NCBI GenBank assembly: GCA_963848135.1
Contig: CAWKCK010000002.1
Location: 186,001 to 250,000, forward strand
Direction of reading: 5' to 3'
Length of the DNA stretch: 64,000 bases
DNA from: an uncultured delta proteobacterium
GTDB taxonomy: Bacteria; Desulfobacterota; Desulfobacteria; Desulfobacterales; SG8-13
The notes below the pieces were generated by a model. It saw only the letters and a list, made by a program, of their open reading frames with translations. It ran no database searches and was not told where the DNA came from. This document shows positions 29,054 to 38,599 of this stretch, piece by piece. Within the stretch, counting starts at the first letter, position 1, and every line of letters starts with the position of its first letter. Made by a program: the position numbers and the translations under genes.

Positions 29054-30040
29054 CTAAAAAGAATTGTTTATTTCTAATCGACGGGCCAATCGTGGTATCA
29101 GACGCTCTTTCTCTAATAATTTCCAAATGTATTCGTCAACAACTTTTTTGTTGCCCTGAATTATGCTCCGTTTAAACATGGCGCTACGTATGTCTTTTAA
29201 TGCATGGCATTTGGCCCTCAAATAGTCTCTTCCTCTACCTCTGACGATAAAATATATCCCCGACGCCACAGTGTAGATAAGGTGCGGCACAATAGTACGC
29301 TTTATCAAACTATCCGGCATATTTTTAATATAAACCCATTCCAGGTTACGGTGGCCATAATAAACAGAAGTGTGTGTATCGTCACCAATGCTGCCACTGC
29401 AAACGTGATAAACGATCGCCTCTGGATTATAGATACATCTATAGCCTGCCAGCTGAGATCGGAAACTGAGATCGACGTCCTCGTAGAGTATAAAAAAATC
29501 CTCATCGAACCCACCAATATCTTGGAACAAGGCAGTTTTGTAAAGCGCAGCGCCAGCGCATGCCCCGAAAACAAATTCTCTGGAATGATAATTGCCGGAT
29601 GAAGCCCCTCGTCCGCGAAGCTGCCCTGCCCCGGCGATGGTATATGAATCACCGGCACGATCAATCAATTCGTTATTGGAATATAAGAGCATTTTTGATG
29701 CCACCGATCCAGCTTCAGGATTTTCCTTAATGGCATCTTTCAGTTTTTCTAACCATTGCGGGTGAGGGAAAGCGTCGTTATTTAGTAAGGCAACGTATTC
29801 GGATTTGATATTCTTGAGCGCAATATTGTTTGCGGCGGCAAATCCAACATTACGATCGAGTGCTATGGTTTTTATGTCTGGGTATTTTTTTGAAATCAGC
29901 TCTAATGAGCCGTCCTTAGAGCCGTTATCGACCAAGATAATCGAAAAATCTTCTAATGTTTGTTGGACTAATCCACGGATACACTTTTCGATATGTCGTT
30001 TGCCATTCCAATTGACGACGATAACGGTAATGTCTTCCAC
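29054..30040 (-). CDS. glycosyltransferase family 2
   Basis: VVNWNG, VDNGSKDGS, LLNND, GACAGAAL, YEDVDLSFR. Confidence 0.9.
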   Translation of the reverse strand: MEDITVIVVNWNGKRHIEKCIRGLVQQTLEDFSIILVDNGSKDGSLELISKKYPDIKTIALDRNVGFAAANNIALKNIKSEYVALLNNDAFPHPQWLEKLKDAIKENPEAGSVASKMLLYSNNELIDRAGDSYTIAGAGQLRGRGASSGNYHSREFVFGACAGAALYKTALFQDIGGFDEDFFILYEDVDLSFRSQLAGYRCIYNPEAIVYHVCSGSIGDDTHTSVYYGHRNLEWVYIKNMPDSLIKRTIVPHLIYTVASGIYFIVRGRGRDYLRAKCHALKDIRSAMFKRSIIQGNKKVVDEYIWKLLEKERLIPRLARRLEINNSF

Positions 30041-30119
30041 AGGCGTTAATTCCCTGTCGTTGTGCTTGGGTGCGCGAACATTTAAGCTCAGGATCGCAAA
30101 AAAAGCAGGTTCTATGAAT

Positions 30120-31226
30120 TCAATAATATTGAAAATCGATCAGTTGCCAGATTTTAGAACTATTGCATTTAACCGATATCGTTCTTAGGGCGCTTTTTAT
30201 TTGGGGAAGTATTACCACAAGCCTTAGTGCATCGTCGACAGCTATATCACAGTCGTTTCCATTTACATTGATGATATAGTCATGTAAATCAGGCCTGGGA
30301 CTGACTTTTAAAACCAGTTGGGACCAATCTTTATTTCCGTACCATGGAATCTGAATATTGGCTTCACCTTCCACTATCTGTTGCCATTTATTGAATCCGT
30401 ATAGGGTTTCAGTTTTCGTACCTGTGGCTCTTTGCTTTAATTTTCTGAGAAAATTCAGACCAGTTTTTATGACGTTTTCTATAAAGGTCAGCTTTTCCTT
30501 TTGAATCAAATCAAACAGATATGTACCCAGCCATGAACTTGGGAGTAACCGTTTGCCATACCGATGTTCGATTCTCCATATCTCCATATAACGTTTCAGG
30601 TTACCACTAAGAGTTTTAGTCCCCGGATAGTACCTAACAGCTGCAAGTACATCCTTGAAGTATAAAAACCGAGCACCGGATAGGCTGAGCCGACACCATA
30701 AATCCCAATCCATTGTATAGCATAATGAAGAATCTATCCCGCCCACTTTTTCATACGCAGTCCTTCGAACAAAACAAGCCGGTTGGCAAATGAAGCAGGT
30801 ACGGGTAAGTTTCTTTGCATTAAATTCTTGTATGGCAGGAAAATAACTTAAGAACGAACCATCCGGTTTAACGTGAATGGCGTTACCATAAACCACATCA
30901 ATATCCGGATGGGTCTCGAAACATTTTGACACTTTACGAAGCGTTTCAGGGAAATAATAGTCGTCCGCATTTAGCCAAGCTACAACATCACCGGAAACAG
31001 CCTCTTTGCCCTCCTTTATCGCCGCTGCCTGTCCTTCATCCGGCGCTGAACGCAAACAGGAGATCATGTCTTTATATTTACTGATGATTATTTTGAAATC
31101 ATCTATGGAACCACCGTCCATAACTGCCAGATTAAATACCGCCAACTGGTTCTTCAAACTTTCCAAGGCTGTAGAAAGGAAATGGCTCTGATTTAAACTG
31201 GGAATAACGATAGCTATTGTAATCAC
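30120..31226 (-). CDS. glycosyltransferase family 2 (WfgS-like) with C-terminal extension
   Basis: PSLNQ, DGGS, WLNADD, ICQPACF, MDWDLW. Confidence 0.9.
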   Translation of the reverse strand: MITIAIVIPSLNQSHFLSTALESLKNQLAVFNLAVMDGGSIDDFKIIISKYKDMISCLRSAPDEGQAAAIKEGKEAVSGDVVAWLNADDYYFPETLRKVSKCFETHPDIDVVYGNAIHVKPDGSFLSYFPAIQEFNAKKLTRTCFICQPACFVRRTAYEKVGGIDSSLCYTMDWDLWCRLSLSGARFLYFKDVLAAVRYYPGTKTLSGNLKRYMEIWRIEHRYGKRLLPSSWLGTYLFDLIQKEKLTFIENVIKTGLNFLRKLKQRATGTKTETLYGFNKWQQIVEGEANIQIPWYGNKDWSQLVLKVSPRPDLHDYIINVNGNDCDIAVDDALRLVVILPQIKSALRTISVKCNSSKIWQLIDFQYY

Positions 31227-31471
31227 AGGAAATCCCTATCTCGAATAATAATATAAGAAATTTCGGTCTGTTAAATCGATCATTGATAAAGATCCGAGAA
31301 ATTGAGCCGTTAATTTTAGGTAAAATATTACACTAATTACAAGCTATAACAACGGGGCGATCGATACCGTAAAAAAAAGAGGGAAAAGTGCATACGTGCC
31401 TCTCCCCTCTTACAGCCTGTCGACTTAAGATAATTTTTTTATTCCAGATCCTTCAGCGCGTAGTAGCTATT

Positions 31472-31798
31472 TTATTGACCCTTCATAAAAAGCCCGGAAA
31501 CGGTCGACCATTCAGTCACGTCATTTAAGGACACAGTTGCTTTGGCGCCCGCACTAACGGCTGACAGCCCAACTGCTAACATCGCTTTGGCATTGTCACC
31601 GGATGCAATGTACCATCTTGCACCTGTCCAGGTTGGAGCAGGGCCACTGACGTATGACAAACTAACAAATGTAACGCCAGTCGTCGGGTCGATACCAGCT
31701 TCGTTAACAGTCACTTCATACCAGGCTGCGCTTGCAATTGAACCGAAAACAAAGATTGAACTTACCAATAGTACAGTGATTAAGATTCTTTTTTTCAT
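31472..31798 (-). CDS. small secreted protein of unknown function
   Basis: strong SD AAGGAGG, Sec signal MKKRIL...ASA, motif KAMLAVGLSA; own terminator-like hairpin at ~31377-31410. Confidence 0.8.
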   Translation of the reverse strand: MKKRILITVLLVSSIFVFGSIASAAWYEVTVNEAGIDPTTGVTFVSLSYVSGPAPTWTGARWYIASGDNAKAMLAVGLSAVSAGAKATVSLNDVTEWSTVSGLFMKGQ

Positions 31799-31874
31799 CT
31801 AAAATCCTCCTTCCCTCTGTTGGTAATGGTAATCATTAAAGGTTCCGAAAAGTAAATCAAAGTCCGAGGTGATA

Positions 31875-32714
31875 TCACTTGTGGGTATTTTGCAAGCCCT
31901 CTAACTCTTCAAGCGTTAGGCCCGTTCCTGATTCTGATGGAGGAGTGACAATCAATCCTTTGGGTCTGCGCTCCATATTCTGATTGTTAATTTTATTTAA
32001 AGCTTCTAACTCACCCACTGTCAGCCCTTTTCCTGAATTTGACGGAGGGGTCACCACTGTATTTTGGGGAATATTCTCCATTTCTTCCTTGTTCGCTTGT
32101 TTCAGTGCTTCCAACTCCTCTAATGTGAGTCCATTTCCTGAACTTGACGGGGGGGTCACAACCACATCTTTTGGCCTGTTGATCATATATTCATCAGATT
32201 TTTTTTTCAAGGCCTGCATATCTGCCAATATTAAACTTGGACTGACAGCTGTAGATGTATGAACCTGGGGCGCAGCAGTGTCTGAATCTTTTAATGATCT
32301 ATCATTACCTGGACTGACGCTGTCAAAGCTTAATATCCTGATTTCATTACTATGATGGACAAGTGCGTAGTTCTTGATACCGGTCATCTTTATGATTCGT
32401 TTTAATCCGTGAGACAAAGGAACATTATCTAATTTTAGTGTTATCGGCATATCTTGCCATGTTGTATCGAAGATTATTTTGTAATCAGTTTCATTTTTAA
32501 TTATCTCGCAAGCCTTTTTCAGAGGCAAACTTTCTATATTCAAAGAAAATGATACATCATTTGAGACATTAACTGACGCATAGCATTGTGATAGGGAGAT
32601 GCCATATACATCAATAAATACTGACAAAAACACTAAGCATATGCTGACAATAAGTGCTTTGGGTATTTTTTTTATATGAGGCCGTTGATCATATGAGTCC
32701 ATAATAGAGACCAA
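31875..32714 (-). CDS. STN-like (secretin/TonB N-terminal) domain protein with 35-aa TPP repeats
   Basis: N-terminal hydrophobic segment, SLNIESLPLKKACEIIKNETDYKIIFD...ITLKLDNVPL, then VTPPSxSGxGLTxxELExL x3. Confidence 0.7.
   Translation of the reverse strand: MVSIMDSYDQRPHIKKIPKALIVSICLVFLSVFIDVYGISLSQCYASVNVSNDVSFSLNIESLPLKKACEIIKNETDYKIIFDTTWQDMPITLKLDNVPLSHGLKRIIKMTGIKNYALVHHSNEIRILSFDSVSPGNDRSLKDSDTAAPQVHTSTAVSPSLILADMQALKKKSDEYMINRPKDVVVTPPSSSGNGLTLEELEALKQANKEEMENIPQNTVVTPPSNSGKGLTVGELEALNKINNQNMERRPKGLIVTPPSESGTGLTLEELEGLQNTHK
31878..32240 (-). repeat. intragenic tandem repeat, 105-nt period, ~3.5 copies
   Basis: DVVVTPPSSSGNGLTLEELEAL / NTVVTPPSNSGKGLTVGELEAL / GLIVTPPSESGTGLTLEELEGL. 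Confidence 0.85.
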
Positions 32715-33280
32715 GTACGTGAATTACACTATGCATGGATAATATGGTAGGCAATGTAACCTCGTAGTTATTATCATTGCCGGTCAAATCTGTCAATTTA
32801 TTTCGGTAATAATTAGGATGCCTTGGTGATTTCTTTAGAAATAATCAAAAATCCAATATTGCTTCTATTTGGGCATTCTAAACAACATCTTTAATAATCC
32901 AAATTATATGCAAGCTCATATGTAAATATTCAAATAGTTTAATTTATCTATAATAACAATTAGTTAATACAGTGTCAGTAAAATTTTTAGCGAGAAAACG
33001 GAAAAGTTTTTTTAAAAATATTAAATATTTACACAAACTAATGCTAATATATATACCCATCTTGTGAATTCAAGTGAACCCCCTGAATACCGGTGATGTG
33101 GACCCAATTGGTTGGGGCAGCCTGAAGGTTTGTCTAAGCTACAAAGGCCTAAAGGTATTGAAAAGAGAAAAACGGATCAGGCCGCTGAAATTCTATGAAA
33201 AAAAAGGGCAAACATTAAATCCGTTCCGTTTAATCTATATTCCTCTTACCATTGATATGCCGCATTGTCAGCTTTAATAA

Positions 33281-33949
33281 TTAACCTTTTTTATATACAG
33301 CTCTTAGCCACTTTCTGCCATCATTATTGGTCATGCTCTCGATATTTATGGTTTTAAAATTTTTAAATAATTCAATAACATCGGAATCGGCCAAACTATG
33401 TGGTTCACATTCCGTGGGTGGGTGGTCAATTTCGATGTTTACAAAAACTTCCCCACCGATTTTCAAGACACGATGAATTTCAGAGATTGATTTTTCAATA
33501 TTATCGACGTGGTCCAAGCAATTCGCAGCTATAACGATATCAGCATAACCTGTCATCAAAGGCATGGATTCAGCGCCACAATTTAAATACACCGCACCCC
33601 TTTCATTTTGAATTAACAACCCATTATCCCTGTATTGTTGAGCTAAAGGTTCAATAGCTATTTTCACGCTAGCATTACTCATCTCTAACAAACCGCAGCA
33701 TCCGGGTCCAATCTCAATAACGATTTTGCCATCTAAGTAGTCGCGCGGCTTCTTTGCCAATCCGAGTATTCTATATCCTTGCGCTTTCCCTTCTTTCTCT
33801 CTTTGTTCCCAATAAGAATCGATTCGTTTTTCTTCACCTATTAAAGAATAAACATCTTCAGTCCAACAGCCGGTTTCGATTATCTTTTTATTCCAAACAT
33901 TCAACCAAAAATTAAGTTCCTCGCTTCCTTTAATATCTATATTTTCCAT
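33281..33949 (-). CDS. class I SAM-dependent methyltransferase
   Basis: IEIGPG, NCLDHV, EIHRVLKIGG; SD GAGGAG. Confidence 0.85.
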   Translation of the reverse strand: MENIDIKGSEELNFWLNVWNKKIIETGCWTEDVYSLIGEEKRIDSYWEQREKEGKAQGYRILGLAKKPRDYLDGKIVIEIGPGCCGLLEMSNASVKIAIEPLAQQYRDNGLLIQNERGAVYLNCGAESMPLMTGYADIVIAANCLDHVDNIEKSISEIHRVLKIGGEVFVNIEIDHPPTECEPHSLADSDVIELFKNFKTINIESMTNNDGRKWLRAVYKKG

Positions 33950-33987
33950 TTATCTCCTCATTTAATTCAAATATTAATTCATGTCAA

Positions 33988-34091
33988 TTACTAATGGGGT
34001 TATAAGCCACCCGACATGTAGTAGTTCTAAATCTTTAATCAACGCTCTCGAAAGAGATATCGTGTCGGGTAGGAAATGACCCCCTTAGTAA
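33988..34091. repeat. ~100-bp palindromic (MITE-like) intergenic element
   Basis: TTACTAATGGGGTTATAAGCCACCCGACA vs reverse complement of TGTCGGGTAGGAAATGACCCCCTTAGTAA, 23/29. Confidence 0.45.
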
Positions 34092-34207
34092 GGTTGCTAA
34101 TCCGTGAGATTGACAATTTTATAACTCAGTAAATATGCCATTTGTGCAATATGAATTTCCCCGGTGAATTTAGTGGATGATACTCTGACTTTGTTTTACA
34201 AGTATTT

Positions 34208-34984
34208 TTATTTTTCTAAAATAAAAATAAAATTGAGATAGCATTTATCGCAAACATCCTTAAGATTCTCAATTAAAAATATGTTTACTTTAACATCTTT
34301 ACAGTAAGCTAATATTCTATTTTGCAATGCATCAACATCATATGTTCTACCAAACCTATTATTCCAACCTGGTATAAACAACAATTTTGCATTCATATCG
34401 AATGAAACACTACTTTCTTTTAATTCCGGGTCAGTATAGTTGTAGTAAACCTCCGAAAGATACAATGGGGCAATAAAGAGTTTCCCGCCTATATTTAGTT
34501 TTTTTATAGCTTCGACTATGAATTCGCTGTCCTCGTTGTTTTCAAAATGTTCTATGGAGCAATGCAATGTCATCCAGTTTATGGTATTCTCCTCAAAAGG
34601 GAGTTCTGTCGCATTGCCCCCAATTTTTGAGGCGTTAACTCCTGATGGATAAATAATGTCTTGGCGATATGATTTGCAAGAATAGAACTTCGATATTATG
34701 CCGTGGAAAGGTGATGTTGCACTGGCAATGTCGATAGAAATTCCATTGTCACCATAATTTAATAATTTTAATGATGTATAGTGTTCTAATGCTTTCTCAA
34801 GGAATAATTCTCCAAAGGTTTTTCGATATAATAGTGGGTATTTAGCATTTTCCAGATACTTATGAAAATCATCGATATCCACCCTGTAATGGTCTAAATT
34901 TACTCCAGGTATTAATTGTAATGCGTTCCAGATTTGTTTTAAGTCACTCGGTGGATGTGAACTCAATATTTCGTGATCTCTCAA
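34208..34984 (-). CDS. SAM-dependent methyltransferase-like protein
   Basis: IDIASATSPF, LHCSIEHFE, LNIGGKLFIAPLY; start uncertain. Confidence 0.75.
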   Translation of the reverse strand: MRDHEILSSHPPSDLKQIWNALQLIPGVNLDHYRVDIDDFHKYLENAKYPLLYRKTFGELFLEKALEHYTSLKLLNYGDNGISIDIASATSPFHGIISKFYSCKSYRQDIIYPSGVNASKIGGNATELPFEENTINWMTLHCSIEHFENNEDSEFIVEAIKKLNIGGKLFIAPLYLSEVYYNYTDPELKESSVSFDMNAKLLFIPGWNNRFGRTYDVDALQNRILAYCKDVKVNIFLIENLKDVCDKCYLNFIFILEK

Positions 34985-35151
34985 ATTTAACCCTTTCTTT
35001 ATTCGTTGTAAGTAGTTTAAAGATTGTTGAACTATTTCTCAATTTCGAATTAATCCTAAAACAAGCGCACTATCATGTTATGTTTAAAATTTATTTCTAT
35101 GCATAGATACCTATGAATTCATTTTTAAGATCTTCCTTATATATTTTAGAA

Positions 35152-36345
35152 TTAACTAAATTTATTTTTGTGTAATAAAAACTTCTTTTTATATAACATT
35201 TTTACCCGATGAAAAGGTTCATAGTAATATTTGTAATAATAGTATCGTTCTTTACGAAAGGAAGAAGTTGCTCTTTTAAATATCTGCAAATGTTTGGCAG
35301 CTGTCTTTTCTTGTGAAAACAATTTAGCCCTTTCAAAACCTTTATTCCTTAGCTTGGTCGCTGAATTTTTATCAAGAAGTAATTTGCGAATGCATTTTGC
35401 TATGTCTTTAGGGTCTTCAGGATTAAAAAGTAAGGCAGCGTTTCCGACAACTTCAGGTATGCTGGTTACTTTTGAACATATTACTGGACATCCACATGCC
35501 ATAGCTTCGATTAAAGGCATTCCAAACCCTTCAAATAAAGAAGGAAAACAGAGCATTAAAGCATTTCTGTAAATATACTTTAAATCATCTTTACCGACAT
35601 AACCGATATTATGAACTTGTTTTGTCAGTCCATATGCCTCCACGTTCTTCATTAATGGATAGCCGTTTGGCTGGTCGAATCCAGTAAGAACACAATCGAT
35701 TTGAAGATTATGATCATTTTTTAAAATTAACAATGCTTTGAGTAAATTATCATGATTCTTATGTAACCATCTATTCGCAGGATAAAAAATGAAACTTTTT
35801 GGTATAGCAACAACCGGTTCCTTATACTCAACTACAGGTTCATAGAAAAACTCATCAGCAGCAAGATAAGCTACATGTACCTTTTCACTAGATATTTTGT
35901 GATATTCAACCATTGTTTTTTTTGAAAATTCAGAAATGGTTACTACTTGATCTGCACATCTGGTCGATGACGAAAAGTGCATTTCTCTATTCCATAGGTC
36001 TTGTTTTGTAAAATATTGCGGAAAGAACTTTTCTTGAATGTCAACGAGGCCCACTACGCTCGGTTTTGGAACAGGGCGTGGCCAAAGAGCGCCAAATATA
36101 CAAAAATACACATCAATTCTATTAAGATGTTGTAATATTTCATTTTGATCATTTAAAAGTACAGCATCAGTCTCCCATCTGTCAGTATTAAGTCTGTTTA
36201 GTTCTTGGATATTGTGTCTAAAATAAAAGAACACATAGCTATTCTCATCATCGTTGTTTAATAATTCATTAAACAATTGAATAAAGTATTGTTTCAATCC
36301 GCCAATGTTTTTCTGCAGTAAGAAACAATTTACACCTATTCTCAT
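35152..36345 (-). CDS. glycosyltransferase family 4 (MtfB/WbpY-like)
   Basis: YPANRWLHKNH, FPSLFEGFGMPLIEAMACG. Confidence 0.92.
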   Translation of the reverse strand: MRIGVNCFLLQKNIGGLKQYFIQLFNELLNNDDENSYVFFYFRHNIQELNRLNTDRWETDAVLLNDQNEILQHLNRIDVYFCIFGALWPRPVPKPSVVGLVDIQEKFFPQYFTKQDLWNREMHFSSSTRCADQVVTISEFSKKTMVEYHKISSEKVHVAYLAADEFFYEPVVEYKEPVVAIPKSFIFYPANRWLHKNHDNLLKALLILKNDHNLQIDCVLTGFDQPNGYPLMKNVEAYGLTKQVHNIGYVGKDDLKYIYRNALMLCFPSLFEGFGMPLIEAMACGCPVICSKVTSIPEVVGNAALLFNPEDPKDIAKCIRKLLLDKNSATKLRNKGFERAKLFSQEKTAAKHLQIFKRATSSFRKERYYYYKYYYEPFHRVKMLYKKKFLLHKNKFS

Positions 36346-37355
36346 ATTTCTAACTCTTTATTGCCGTCTTTTTTTTGTATATATTCTTTATTAAAAAGTA
36401 GTTGCAATGACTTTACACTTATCCCAAGACTTACCATTACCATAGCTAAATGTAACATCGGTTTTGGAGAACCACCTTGATTAGTATTTGAACTCGTATA
36501 GAGAATTCGGGACGCTTCTTTAAGGATATTATAAAAATGCCAATACAGTATGTCCTTCAGTGCCTTCTGGTTTAGATTACACTGACATTCCAATAAAGCA
36601 ATTTGAGTAATCCCTTCCCAGTAATGGCGGCGCAGAAAATATTTTCTAGTCAATTTATTTGCACCAATGTGATGGTAGACCATGGCGTTGGGTTGGTATA
36701 TCAATGTATACCCTGCCTCTCTAGCACGTAATCCAATTAAAGTATCCTCACCAGCTATCATTGAATTTTTTCTTGCATCGTTAAAACCAACTCGATTATC
36801 AAATCCACCAATAGCATCTAAAAAAGTTCTCTGTACGGCAAAATTGGCACCAATTGGAAGAGCATTTTCTGGAAACGGTTTAATATCATCGCCGATATCA
36901 TATGTTGCTAATAAAAATTCTCGTTCTTTTGGATACCATTTTGGCTTTTCTGCCTCCCACATCGGCTCAATCTTTCCACCGGCAATCGCCGGTGAAGGTT
37001 CGATTTCTGTAAAGACCGAAGCATATGCTTCCAACCAACCTTTAACTGGAATTGCATCATCATCAATAAAGGCAATTATATCCCCGCTTGAAAGCTCCCA
37101 TCCTAAATTGCGTGCGTGACTAAGACCTATTGTATCAGTGTGCACATACTTCACTTTTTTTTTAGAGGAAAACCGTTCTTTTACAATAAATTTAGTCCGA
37201 TCATCTTTACCCTGGTCCACAATTATTATTTCGTATTTTTGATAAGAATTCGAAAGAATCGCTGTAAGGCATTTTTCAAGGTACTTTGTCCTGTTCAGCG
37301 TTGCGATGACAACAGAGATTAAAGGTGTCGTTTTGATCTTCATCGTATTTATCAA
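36342..37355 (-). CDS. glycosyltransferase family 2
   Basis: SVVIAT, GLSHARN, FIDDD, GANF, GED. Confidence 0.9.
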   Translation of the reverse strand: MINTMKIKTTPLISVVIATLNRTKYLEKCLTAILSNSYQKYEIIIVDQGKDDRTKFIVKERFSSKKKVKYVHTDTIGLSHARNLGWELSSGDIIAFIDDDAIPVKGWLEAYASVFTEIEPSPAIAGGKIEPMWEAEKPKWYPKEREFLLATYDIGDDIKPFPENALPIGANFAVQRTFLDAIGGFDNRVGFNDARKNSMIAGEDTLIGLRAREAGYTLIYQPNAMVYHHIGANKLTRKYFLRRHYWEGITQIALLECQCNLNQKALKDILYWHFYNILKEASRILYTSSNTNQGGSPKPMLHLAMVMVSLGISVKSLQLLFNKEYIQKKDGNKELEI

Positions 37356-38536
37356 GTGTTGTTGGTATACCGATAAAGATATTTTCTGTAACGGTATTGC
37401 TGAATCAGCGAAATTTTAAATTTTCTTAATGCGGTACTTACTTTGTTACCAAGAATAAATTTTAGTAATAATAATGCATTTAATGGGTGTAATATAAAAA
37501 TCCAGTTTCGACGAATAACAGATCTCGTAAGCGTAAACGCTGTTTTTCTCTTGTGTTGCAAATATGCCTCGTTTGCAAGTTTAAGACAAGCAATGATAGA
37601 TGCTTTATCAGATAATTTTTTAAGAATATTTTTTTCTTTATTCTGAAGTTGTTGCCACCTTTTTAGCATCAGTCCTTTTTCTTTTTGAATATAATCTTCG
37701 TCAAAGTCTCTACTTAAACCTATATTAAAAAAATAATATGTAAGAAAAGGCTGCATATTCTGCGCCCCCTTGTATCTTCGAAAAATCTCTAAAGAATCTG
37801 GCCAAAAAGCGGTTGTGGAGGAGAGAGATTTCGTGCCGGTAATCATGCGGAAGCTGCCTAGCTTTTTGGGAACATGTGACAATTTGAGGCCTTTGTCACC
37901 TGCTCTAATCCAGTATTCGATATCCATAGCGTAATGAAAAGAATCATCCAGTAGTCCAATCTTATCAAACACACTTCTTCGCCAGAAGGTTGCTTGTTGC
38001 ATGATGTAATTAGTAAAATCGTTCCAGAGAAAATGATAGGATTTAAGAAGTTTTAAGTCGTAAGGCCTTGAAAGCCATTCCCACTGAAGTGTCCCATTTC
38101 CATCAATTACGTCGCCATCACCGAATACGAAGTCATCGTCAGGATTATGTGTAAAGTGATCCATAACAACAGAAAAACTTCCGGGGAAAAACATGTCGTC
38201 CGAATTAATCCAGGAAACGATATTACCTCGAGCCAACTTAAATCCCTTGTTAATTGCATCTGTCTGCCCGAAATCTTTCTCAGAGAACCATTTAATTTCA
38301 ATTCCAAGACATTTTCTTTCCCACTGATCGTGGTTCACTCTTTCGGCATATCCTTTAATGATATCAACAGAATTATCTGTTGACCCTCCATCCATGATTA
38401 TATAGTCAATATAAAAGTCGCCTTCTTGGGATATAACGCTTTTTATAGTTTCTTCCAAATATTCACCTTGATTAAAAGATGGTGTAACTATACTTATTGT
38501 TTTGTTTGTTAGTTTATTAGCAGTAATTTTTGACAT
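37352..38536 (-). CDS. glycosyltransferase family 2 (WfgS-like)
   Basis: TPSFNQG, DGGSTD, GQTDAINKG, WINSDD, MDIEYW. Confidence 0.92.
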   Translation of the reverse strand: MSKITANKLTNKTISIVTPSFNQGEYLEETIKSVISQEGDFYIDYIIMDGGSTDNSVDIIKGYAERVNHDQWERKCLGIEIKWFSEKDFGQTDAINKGFKLARGNIVSWINSDDMFFPGSFSVVMDHFTHNPDDDFVFGDGDVIDGNGTLQWEWLSRPYDLKLLKSYHFLWNDFTNYIMQQATFWRRSVFDKIGLLDDSFHYAMDIEYWIRAGDKGLKLSHVPKKLGSFRMITGTKSLSSTTAFWPDSLEIFRRYKGAQNMQPFLTYYFFNIGLSRDFDEDYIQKEKGLMLKRWQQLQNKEKNILKKLSDKASIIACLKLANEAYLQHKRKTAFTLTRSVIRRNWIFILHPLNALLLLKFILGNKVSTALRKFKISLIQQYRYRKYLYRYTNNT

Positions 38537-38599
38537 ATATAGTATTTATAAATTCAATTGATATGTAACATACATTGAATTATTCTGATCATTACGCAA

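Noticed and set aside
26611..32207. T9 homopolymers (26611-26619, 32199-32207) as phase-variation switches
   Set aside because: Both are in frame, encode Lys runs and are expected in A-rich coding sequence; no evidence of variation.
32905..32970. Possible sigma54 promoter/IHF site upstream of the STN-repeat gene
   Set aside because: TTGC is present but the -24 GG is missing; only an IHF-like match remains.
33094..33150. TGATGTGGACCC... resembling an IS3-family end
   Set aside because: No partner inverted repeat or transposase-like frame found; too weak to call.
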